From a virus, in IMG/VR virus record IMGVR_UViG_3300045988_058378: a stretch of DNA of 31,500 nt; one strand, given 5' to 3'. Under the pieces are notes generated by a model, which saw only the letters and a program-made list of their open reading frames with translations, made no database searches and was not told the DNA's origin. This document shows positions 6,172 to 13,835 of this stretch, in pieces. The position numbers and the translations under genes are program-made. Position 1 is the first letter of the stretch. Each line of letters opens with the position of its first letter.

Positions 6172-6266
6172 TGGTTGGTTGACTGGGATAAGCCCTCGCA
6201 GTGATTGCGGGGGCTTCCTAGTATAATGGGAACCGTTATCAATAAGCCTATTGAAAGACGGTAACA

Positions 6267-8402
6267 TTGTTTAAACTCGGATATAAAATCAGAAGTTTCT
6301 TTACCCGTCCAACGTCCCCAGCATTGACTGAAGGATGGACTAGGGTTAGCGGCAGTGGAACGCAGGTAATTCCACCTTATGATGCGTACGCGCAGATTTT
6401 CCCATATTCCAACGCGATTGCGGGACGTTTCGCCACTATCATCCCCTACGCTGTTGACGCTCAAGGCGAGCGTATCAACCCGGCACCTCCCGCGCTCAAA
6501 GCATTGTACGCGCCTAATGACCAATTCTCGTGCCTTGAATTCCTGAAATTCATCGCCAATAGTATTCTCACCCAGTCGCATCTTGACATTCTGGTGTGGA
6601 CGAATCAAGGCGGATATATTCAGCCGGGCGGCGAGATTACGCCGGACAATATCGCGGGCTATACGTTCCTCCCACAAGATAGCAGACAGTGGGATAGCAG
6701 TCACACGACTTGGACGCATCGCGTCACCATGACCATTAACGGACGTTTGGAAACTCGTACTTTTACTCGTAATGAGACTATTGCCCTCAGCTATTCCACA
6801 CATCCGCTTGACCCGTCGCGTGGCATCAGTCCCGCGCAGACTATCCGCAAGTGGGCAAACGTCGATGACATGATAGCGGATTACGAGCGTGGCTTCTTCG
6901 CCAACGGCGCTGTCCCAGCTGGCATGATGGGCATTGTGTCCGCTACCGCCGACAATTTCACACGCACAAAAAATCAGCTTGAACAGGCGTTCCAAGGCGC
7001 CGGACACAATAACGGCGTGGTCTATAACATGATTCCGGTAGACCCCCTGAGCGGTAAACCGTCAGATATCGGTAAATTGGTGTGGGTACCTTTCCAACAG
7101 TCCAATAATTCGCTCGACTTATCCAGTCTTAACGACGTGGTAAACACTCGGCTTGCAAGCGCCCTCGCGGTGCCGGATATTGTGCGCGGTATCGATAATG
7201 GACAGACCTATGCCAATGCCGAGCAGGCCGAACGAGCCTTTATCGAAAATACCTTGAAACCGCTCTGCATGACGGTGTGGGACAAATTTCAGTTCGAGCT
7301 TGACCGAATCACGGGTGGGCTTGGATACGGCATAAATTTCACCCTCGATATTCCGGCACAGACTGATGTGCGCAAGGTGCAGGCCGACACTCAGGCAGTG
7401 CAGGTCGATACGCTTATCAAGCTTATCAATGCGGGGGCGAGCGTTGAAACTGCTGTGAAGGCATTGCGTTTGCCCGAAGAATATAGTGCGTTGGAACTGG
7501 AACCGGCTACACCGTCTCTTTTCGTGAAGCCGGAAGCCCCGCAGATTGTGCCACAGATTCAGGCCTCGAAAGATGATGACGTTAAGACGGAACCGGTAAA
7601 ACCGGACGTTGAAGAATCAACCGTAAGTAAGGCATCTAAGCTAGTCCGCAAGTTCTACCGTGACTTGATTGACCTTAATCTAGCGGCGCATAGTTTTGCT
7701 AAGCCTGACGTGGATAGTGTGGAAATTCAAGCCGAACTCGTTGATGGTCTTTTCTCGGTCTACGAGCCGCAAATAGTCGCATACGCCAACTCCACAGGCA
7801 AGACGATTATTCAAGCAATGCAGGAACTAGCCAAAACTAATCCAGACATTGCCAAGATTCTTGACGCTTGGACGCCCTCGCAGATTGCCCAACTTGTCGG
7901 CTGGGAGACCCTGCCGGATACGTTTGAAAAGGCGTACCGCAAGCAACTGACCAAGACAGTGACCGCTGTCACCGGTACCGCGAATAAGAGTATTGCCAAG
8001 ATTATCTCGCAAGGTATCAAGGATAAACTGGATTACAAGGAACTTGTACATGAATTGTACGGATTGCTTGACGATGACCGAGCCGAATTGCTGGCCGGGA
8101 ACGAGTTGAGGAATGCGGAACGCTTGGGCAATCTCTACAGTGCGCAGAATCTAAGTAAGAAAACCGGAGTGACCTTGAAAAAGGTCTGGCACACTAGCGG
8201 CCTTGACGCTGGCAGTGAGCAGAAGCCGTGCCCATTTTGCGAGCATATGAATGGCAAGGTGGTCGGCCTCGCGGAAAGCTTCATGGACGAGGGTGATTCC
8301 GTGGATATTGACGGTGAGACCTTCACCAATGATTATATTTCAATGATTACGGCGGCGGCTCACCCGCGCTGTCGCTGCACCCAGACATACGAGGTGGCGT
8401 GA
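6267..8402 (+). CDS. Portal protein fused to a MuF/SPP1 gp7-like head morphogenesis domain
   Basis: 711 aa. The N-terminal ~430 aa look portal-like in size and position after terL. The C-terminus carries the MuF signature (KVWHTSGLD...CPFCEHMNGKVV...AAAHPRCRCTQTYEV). Confidence 0.8.
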   Translation: MFKLGYKIRSFFTRPTSPALTEGWTRVSGSGTQVIPPYDAYAQIFPYSNAIAGRFATIIPYAVDAQGERINPAPPALKALYAPNDQFSCLEFLKFIANSILTQSHLDILVWTNQGGYIQPGGEITPDNIAGYTFLPQDSRQWDSSHTTWTHRVTMTINGRLETRTFTRNETIALSYSTHPLDPSRGISPAQTIRKWANVDDMIADYERGFFANGAVPAGMMGIVSATADNFTRTKNQLEQAFQGAGHNNGVVYNMIPVDPLSGKPSDIGKLVWVPFQQSNNSLDLSSLNDVVNTRLASALAVPDIVRGIDNGQTYANAEQAERAFIENTLKPLCMTVWDKFQFELDRITGGLGYGINFTLDIPAQTDVRKVQADTQAVQVDTLIKLINAGASVETAVKALRLPEEYSALELEPATPSLFVKPEAPQIVPQIQASKDDDVKTEPVKPDVEESTVSKASKLVRKFYRDLIDLNLAAHSFAKPDVDSVEIQAELVDGLFSVYEPQIVAYANSTGKTIIQAMQELAKTNPDIAKILDAWTPSQIAQLVGWETLPDTFEKAYRKQLTKTVTAVTGTANKSIAKIISQGIKDKLDYKELVHELYGLLDDDRAELLAGNELRNAERLGNLYSAQNLSKKTGVTLKKVWHTSGLDAGSEQKPCPFCEHMNGKVVGLAESFMDEGDSVDIDGETFTNDYISMITAAAHPRCRCTQTYEVA

Positions 8403-8404
8403 AA

Positions 8405-8542
8405 ATGGAAATCAAGTGCAAGAAGTGCGGGAGGTTTTTAGGCGAGACGGAGCATAGTATCCGCCTTATGCTCAAGTGTCCTAACTGCCGTGCCTATCTG
8501 CTTTATCACATCACCATGCTTAGTGAGAATCATTCTTATTAA
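8405..8542 (+). CDS. Small zinc-ribbon protein, 45 aa (Mu Com-like CxxC...CxxC)
   Basis: Own translation: MEIKCKKCGRFLGETEHSIRLMLKCPNCRAYLLYHITMLSENHSY. GAGGTGG lies 7 nt upstream of the ATG. Confidence 0.55.
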   Translation: MEIKCKKCGRFLGETEHSIRLMLKCPNCRAYLLYHITMLSENHSY

Positions 8543-8607
8543 TAGTGTTAGAATCAGTGTAGAGCAATAAAGCCCCGTAAGGACGCTCAAAACGTAAGGA
8601 AATAGGA

Positions 8608-10368
8608 ATGCAACAGACACTCACATGCGACGCGAACAATGTCAGCAGTGACGGCCACACGTTGACGTTCCTTGCCAACTCCGGTACGCGCATGACCAAT
8701 GGCTACACGGTAGACCTTGCAACACTGCAAGCCCCCGTGAACGACGGCCACCTCAAGCTCGTAGCCGACCTGACCGACTCTGACCGACTGACCTTGCCGC
8801 TACTGCTCGACCATATGCCGAGTATCACGGCTCAAGTCGGCATCATCGAGAAACTTTGGTTTGATGATGACGGATTAATGGCTCAGGCTCGACTAAGCGA
8901 CAATGAGCAAGGCCAGAACGTACAACAGTTGGCAAGTGAAGGAATGCTAACCAACTCTTTCAGTATCACAATCGACTTCGATTCTGACCCCGACGAAAAC
9001 GGTGTAATCCATAACGCCGAACTCGTTGAGATTAGCGTGGTCTACCGTGGTGCCGATAGCAAGGCGGTTTTCCGTAGTCTAAACGATATCGAAGGAAAAA
9101 TAATGGAACTTAAGAACAATCTCACCAAGGATGAAGCACAAACCTTGATTGACCAAATCACGGACGCTATCAATGGACTGACCGAAAAGAACGGTGACAA
9201 CACCGAACCGGAAGAACCGGTACAGTCCAACGAGGCAGAAAACAGTAAGGATGGTGACACCGTGGCTAATGGTCGAACCAACATCATCATCAACAGTGCG
9301 GGCGGTGCTCGTCAGTCTCTCGCCAAGGCCAGTGACCCGCTGAAGGACTGGCTGAAGAGTGAGGACGCTACCAAGGCGTACGAGCAAGCATTGTGGCGTA
9401 CCGATAATCAGGGCATGGAGGGCTTTAAGAATGCTTGGCGTGAGGAACTGGCACGTCACGCCTATTCCGACAACTCTTCCATCGATGAAGCTAGTGTTGG
9501 CAAGCTTGTCCCGACTTCGGTTATTACCGAGATTGAAGACGTACTCAACAAGGCTTCTGAGCTGTGGCCGCTGTATCGCAAGCTCGACGTTGACAGCTTC
9601 ACCGTTGGCGCTCAGCTGGCAGGCTTGACCGATGACACTCGCGCCCACGGCTACAAGGTGGCAGACTATGGCACCTCGAAGAAGACGCAGAAGTTTAATC
9701 TTGTGGAACGTAAGCTTGCCGCCGATTTCGTGGTTAAGTATGCAGTGCTTAACAAGGGTGATATTCGTCGTACCGATAAGCCGGGCGCACTCGTGAAGTA
9801 CCTGCTAGCTGAAATGCCGAACTATATTCTGCACGCTATCGACCGTCAGATTATTCTTGGCGGCTATACTGACCTTGATTTCTTCCGCTCCGTGCAGACC
9901 GATGCTAAGGACACTTCCAGCGAGTTCGCGGGCAAGAATTTCGTTCTGAGTGCGGCCGAGGGTACTCGTGCTAATCTCGTGCTCGATGTGGTTGGCCTTG
10001 CATCCAAGATTACGGCAACCGGCACTAAGGTGCTTGTGCTCAGCCCTGATACCAAGGTGGATATTATCACTGCGGCCGATGGTATTGGCCGTCCGCTCGT
10101 CGGCTACGGCAATGATAACCTCGCCGCCTACTTGGGCGTGGATAAGGTTATCACGCCTGATTGGTGGACTGATACCGATGACGCTAAGACTCGCGCAGTG
10201 ATTATTGTGCCGGAAGCTTTCGGTGTGGTTGGTGATACGTCTATCGGTGCTTTCACCAATTTCGCTCTGAAGACTAACGAGCAGGAATATCTGTCGGAGA
10301 TTTTCGCGGGTGGTGCTCTGATGAAGGTTAAGAGTGCTGGCGTGCTGACTCCGAAGGCCGGGGAGTGA
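8608..10368 (+). CDS. Prohead protease (HK97 gp4/S78-like) - acidic linker - HK97-fold major capsid protein, as a single fusion ORF
   Basis: The N-terminal 160 aa carry LLLDH...NSFSITIDF...AELVEISVVYRGADSKA (protease His and Ser contexts). An acidic coiled segment follows, then a ~290-aa capsid-like C-terminus. Confidence 0.75.
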   Translation: MQQTLTCDANNVSSDGHTLTFLANSGTRMTNGYTVDLATLQAPVNDGHLKLVADLTDSDRLTLPLLLDHMPSITAQVGIIEKLWFDDDGLMAQARLSDNEQGQNVQQLASEGMLTNSFSITIDFDSDPDENGVIHNAELVEISVVYRGADSKAVFRSLNDIEGKIMELKNNLTKDEAQTLIDQITDAINGLTEKNGDNTEPEEPVQSNEAENSKDGDTVANGRTNIIINSAGGARQSLAKASDPLKDWLKSEDATKAYEQALWRTDNQGMEGFKNAWREELARHAYSDNSSIDEASVGKLVPTSVITEIEDVLNKASELWPLYRKLDVDSFTVGAQLAGLTDDTRAHGYKVADYGTSKKTQKFNLVERKLAADFVVKYAVLNKGDIRRTDKPGALVKYLLAEMPNYILHAIDRQIILGGYTDLDFFRSVQTDAKDTSSEFAGKNFVLSAAEGTRANLVLDVVGLASKITATGTKVLVLSPDTKVDIITAADGIGRPLVGYGNDNLAAYLGVDKVITPDWWTDTDDAKTRAVIIVPEAFGVVGDTSIGAFTNFALKTNEQEYLSEIFAGGALMKVKSAGVLTPKAGE

Positions 10369-10381
10369 CCGACTAACTAAC

Positions 10382-10415
10382 GGGGTAGAGTTAAATACTC
10401 TACCCCTCGTTAATT
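10382..10415 (+). terminator. Intrinsic terminator-like hairpin after the capsid gene
   Basis: GGGGTAGAG (10382-10390) pairs with CTCTACCCC (10398-10406), followed by TCGTTAATT. Confidence 0.5.
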
Positions 10416-10426
10416 GAGGATTGAAT

Positions 10427-10657
10427 ATGACTAATATTTACGCACATCTCGCGGACGGTGATGCACCGAAGAATCAACATGTTACCGAAGTAAGTTTTGT
10501 TGACGAGACCGGAAAGCACATCGACGTTGGAACAACCGGCGAAACCGGCGCTGTTTTAACCAAGCTACGCGCAATTCCCGCACTTGCAAGTGACGCGGAC
10601 TTAGCTACTGTCACTGCTAAGGTTAACGAGATTCTGGCCGCTGTAGCTAAGGAATAG
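10427..10657 (+). CDS. Hypothetical small structural-region protein, 76 aa
   Basis: GAGGA lies 6 nt before the ATG at 10427 (the track ORF starts at the TTG at 10421). Confidence 0.6.
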   Translation: MTNIYAHLADGDAPKNQHVTEVSFVDETGKHIDVGTTGETGAVLTKLRAIPALASDADLATVTAKVNEILAAVAKE

Positions 10658-10668
10658 CAGACGGTAGA

Positions 10669-10706
10669 ATAGGGGTATCACAATAGTGGTACCCCTATTT
10701 CTATTT
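10669..10706 (+). terminator. Intrinsic terminator
   Basis: AATAGGGGTA/TACCCCTAT stem (extended by CAC/GTG), followed by the T-rich TTCTATTTCG. Confidence 0.55.
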
Positions 10707-10720
10707 CGAAAGGAAATAAA

Positions 10721-11362
10721 GTGTCTTTTATCCCGATTGAGAATATTGGCGGCGAGAACGCTCGTAAATGGTTGCCGACTATACTGCCTGCATTGCAGAA
10801 ACTTTTATGTGGCGCAATGGTGTCTCAAGCTACCGGAGTCAACCCAGCCATCGTGAGTGAAGATGGTCAAACAATTGTTCTAGCCGCATGGTATAGCAGT
10901 ATTACCAGAGTGACGGTTAACGATAATCCAGTCGCATTCACATTCAATCCGACTGTGGGCGACATGGATTACACTACCGGCCAAGTCGAACAAATGTACG
11001 GCAATACGCTCACCATCGAAACCAAGATTGAGCCGGGCACTGTAGCAACCGTCGCAGGAACATACGGTTTCGACACCATCCCGGCTAGTCTGCAAGCCGT
11101 GTTGTCAGGCATGGTTAGTGCAATGCAACGACATGCGGACGAAACGGATATTATCACCAGCAAGAGTATCGAAGATGTTAGCGTGTCCTACCAACGGAAC
11201 ACAGCCACCGACACGCTCACTCAGGCAATCCAACCATATCTAACCGTCATTAACATGTGGAGCCTCTGTGGGAAGCCGTTAGGTGTGGGAGGTATCGCGA
11301 CACCCAACACACTCCCAGTAGTACCGTATTGGATTGGGGACGGTGACGGTCTTGGATTGTAA
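10721..11362 (+). CDS. Hypothetical head-tail joining region protein, 213 aa
   Basis: GAAAGGA RBS and a GTG start. Assigned by position between capsid and tail genes. No motif recognised. Confidence 0.6.
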   Translation: MSFIPIENIGGENARKWLPTILPALQKLLCGAMVSQATGVNPAIVSEDGQTIVLAAWYSSITRVTVNDNPVAFTFNPTVGDMDYTTGQVEQMYGNTLTIETKIEPGTVATVAGTYGFDTIPASLQAVLSGMVSAMQRHADETDIITSKSIEDVSVSYQRNTATDTLTQAIQPYLTVINMWSLCGKPLGVGGIATPNTLPVVPYWIGDGDGLGL

Positions 11363-11711
11363 TCCATTCAAACTTTTTCCCGACCAAGTGGAAACCGTCG
11401 GACTATGGAAGTATGCGAGTAGTGAACGAAACAATAAGAAGCTAGCGGACGTACACGCGATAATCAAGCGTTCAACCAACTCCGACGCGTTCGGAGATTA
11501 TGGCGTGCGTATCGCCACACGCCGATTCCATTTGCAAGCCGAAGACATCCCAGCAGACCTACGCGACCCGGACATGCTATTAGACCTGATAGTCAAAACC
11601 AAAAACCGAGCGTTCAAAATCACTCAAGCAAGCCAAGGCGACGACATGACCACTGGGAAAACACGGTTCATCACCGTCTACGCTCAACCCTACGGAAGGA
11701 GCACACTATGA
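11334..11711 (+). CDS. Putative head closure or head-tail connector protein
   Basis: Track ORF; the start is uncertain (TTG 11334, GTG 11343 or GTG 11388). The stop overlaps the next ATG. Confidence 0.5.
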   Translation: MGTVTVLDCNPFKLFPDQVETVGLWKYASSERNNKKLADVHAIIKRSTNSDAFGDYGVRIATRRFHLQAEDIPADLRDPDMLLDLIVKTKNRAFKITQASQGDDMTTGKTRFITVYAQPYGRSTL

Positions 11712-12052
11712 GCCTACACGTCACAATCAATAAAGGCGTGTATGAGCAAGGCCGTCAAGCCATGCGCAATGGTTTAGCCCACATGCTCACCGATATCCAC
11801 AAGGATGCAGTAACCAACGCCCCAATCGGCAAAACACCAGAAGACAAACACCCCGGACTATTGAAAGATTCAGGCCGTTTCAAACTCCAAGGCATGAAAG
11901 GCTATGTCGCCTTCGGTGGCGGCAGCGTCCCATACGCCAAACGACGAGAATACGAAAACCATCGCCACCCCGGCACAAGACTCTACCTACATCGTGCAGT
12001 AGCTAAAGCCCAAGCACACGCGGACAATTACTTCCAAAGGATACTAAAATGA
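11708..12052 (+). CDS. HK97 gp10-like tail component or neck protein
   Basis: 114 aa. The pattern APIGKTPEDKHPGLLKDSG...VPYAKRREYEN resembles the gp10 family. ATGA coupling on both sides. Confidence 0.55.
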   Translation: MSLHVTINKGVYEQGRQAMRNGLAHMLTDIHKDAVTNAPIGKTPEDKHPGLLKDSGRFKLQGMKGYVAFGGGSVPYAKRREYENHRHPGTRLYLHRAVAKAQAHADNYFQRILK

Positions 12053-12489
12053 TTGAACTGGCAGTAGCATTAGACCTAGCAGAACACGGCTTCGGCACCT
12101 ATGGGGAAACCATCTTCGTAAACGAAAGCCCCATATTAGACACTGGCGCAGTCAGCAGTAAAGACGGCATATGGATAACCTCAACCACAGTAAGCAACGG
12201 CAACGGGCATTACACTGACCAACTCACCATAAGCACCCGCTTCTACGATGTAATCCGACAAGGCGAATACCTCCTAAAACTCATGGAATACATCAACACA
12301 CAGTTGGTAGACCAATGCACGCTAAGCTGTCAACCCGAAAGCCCAATAGTGTACGAGAAGTTAAACATAAGCCCAGCAAGCAGTATAGACCTAGACGCGG
12401 TAGACAATGAAGGCCACTACGTGAAAAGCATCCACTTCACCATTACCTACCCACTCCCAGACTTAAGCGGGGTAAAAGTGATAAACTAG
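12049..12489 (+). CDS. Putative tail terminator or tail completion protein
   Basis: 146 aa, positioned just before the major tail protein. The N-terminus (LAEHGFGTYGETIFVNESP) resembles this class. Confidence 0.5.
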   Translation: MIELAVALDLAEHGFGTYGETIFVNESPILDTGAVSSKDGIWITSTTVSNGNGHYTDQLTISTRFYDVIRQGEYLLKLMEYINTQLVDQCTLSCQPESPIVYEKLNISPASSIDLDAVDNEGHYVKSIHFTITYPLPDLSGVKVIN

Positions 12490-12536
12490 GAACTAAGCAG
12501 AGAACGATAATCATTCTCAATAAGGAGTAACACAAT

Positions 12537-13112
12537 ATGGCCACCACAGACTACAGTCTAATCGGCAAGAAAACCGTATACATCGGGCAAGAAGAATTCG
12601 CACCCGAACTCGTCGGCTCCGATGGTATCACCATCACACTCACCCCGAACACGGTGGACGTGGAAAGTCAAGCCGGAACTATTAGTATTCCTACCGGCAC
12701 CTATAGCGAAATCAGTGCCACTATTCCACTCATCATTCCGAACATGGCAGTGCTTGGCCGCATCTTTCCAAGTCTTGCTGCTAAGGGCACGGCAGGCACC
12801 AAGGTCACTTTCGGTGCGGGAGAATGCTCCGCAATCACTAGCGAGCCTATCGTTATTCATAACACTTGTGACGCGGATAGTACTAACGACGTGTATATTC
12901 CCGCCGCTCTAATTCAAAACGGTGGCGAGTTCACTATCGGTAGCACGAGTGACCCGGTGACTATCGAACTGAACGTTACCATGCTCCCTGACGAGAAGGG
13001 TTACGTTAACTTCGGGTGCAGTGACCCGTCTAAGCGCACCAAGTATGACCCGGAACAGCAGAAGTACGTTAACGTGGTGGACGCGGGTGAAGCTAACACC
13101 GTTCAGAAGTGA
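12537..13112 (+). CDS. Major tail protein
   Basis: Strong AAGGAG RBS, 191 aa, positioned upstream of the chaperone-like genes and the tape measure. Confidence 0.65.
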   Translation: MATTDYSLIGKKTVYIGQEEFAPELVGSDGITITLTPNTVDVESQAGTISIPTGTYSEISATIPLIIPNMAVLGRIFPSLAAKGTAGTKVTFGAGECSAITSEPIVIHNTCDADSTNDVYIPAALIQNGGEFTIGSTSDPVTIELNVTMLPDEKGYVNFGCSDPSKRTKYDPEQQKYVNVVDAGEANTVQK

Positions 13113-13120
13113 GGTAAACC

Positions 13121-13474
13121 ATGACAGACATTATTACCATTGACACCCGCGAACAGACAGAGGAACACTCCTTCAAACTGATTACCTCCAACAATCCAGA
13201 AGGCATGGTGTTCACCGTGAATCCTATGGGTGCGGGCACATATCTGAAGTTCATGGACAAGGTGAAAACGCTTCAGGCGTTGAACGCTCAGGACATGAGT
13301 AGTAAGCAATTGTTGAAGATTCAAAACGACTTGTGCAATCTGCTTATCCCGCTCGTCTCCCCGACCGACGAGTTTAAAACGTGGGCTGAGGAAGCGGAAC
13401 AGAAATACCCGCTAGCATATCAGGCGGTTATGCGGCAGATTATGCGTTTCGTTTTCGGCAAAACGTATTTCTAA
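13121..13474 (+). CDS. Putative tail assembly chaperone
   Basis: 117 aa, acidic, in the syntenic position before the tape measure. Confidence 0.5.
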   Translation: MTDIITIDTREQTEEHSFKLITSNNPEGMVFTVNPMGAGTYLKFMDKVKTLQALNAQDMSSKQLLKIQNDLCNLLIPLVSPTDEFKTWAEEAEQKYPLAYQAVMRQIMRFVFGKTYF

Positions 13475-13486
13475 CGGGGGTAGTCA

Positions 13487-13834
13487 ATGACGGTGCATAA
13501 GGTCATTGACGATTTTACGCCGGAGCAGTTAGCGAAGCTTAAAGCCATGCGGCAGGCTGAAAGCAAGTCTAAGGCTTCGGCGTTTTTTCGTGATGATGAA
13601 CTACTACTGGCCGAGTTCGGCAAATATTACGGTTGGCAGGCTGTCCGAGACGTGCTAGCTGACGAGGTGAGTTACGAGACTTTCATAGCCTTACTTAACG
13701 CTGGGCGGAGTCTCGCAATCCGGGAACGCATACTACACGTGAATGACATGTATGTTGCGTTTGGTGCGTCGCAAGCCAAAAAGGGAGACAAAGTGTTGAA
13801 ACAATATGTGAAGCAGTTGGAACGGAGTATGTGA
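13487..13834 (+). CDS. Putative second tail assembly protein
   Basis: 115 aa, immediately upstream of the tape measure. It is in the same frame as 13121..13474, separated by TAA and TAG. No slippery heptamer was found. Confidence 0.45.
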   Translation: MTVHKVIDDFTPEQLAKLKAMRQAESKSKASAFFRDDELLLAEFGKYYGWQAVRDVLADEVSYETFIALLNAGRSLAIRERILHVNDMYVAFGASQAKKGDKVLKQYVKQLERSM

Positions 13835-13835
13835 T

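Noticed and set aside
10655-10723. Read-through fusion of 10427..10657 with 10721..11362 (same frame, only two TAGs between them).
   Set aside because: The interval is occupied by a terminator hairpin, and the downstream gene has its own good RBS. Frame identity has a 1-in-3 chance expectation, and 20 codons free of TAA or TGA is not unusual.
13121-13834. The canonical -1 programmed frameshift joining the two tail-chaperone ORFs.
   Set aside because: The two ORFs are in the same frame, separated by TAA and TAG. No X XXY YYZ heptamer lies near the end of the first ORF. The G TTT TTT C run at about 13581-13588 leads to an immediate stop in the -1 frame.
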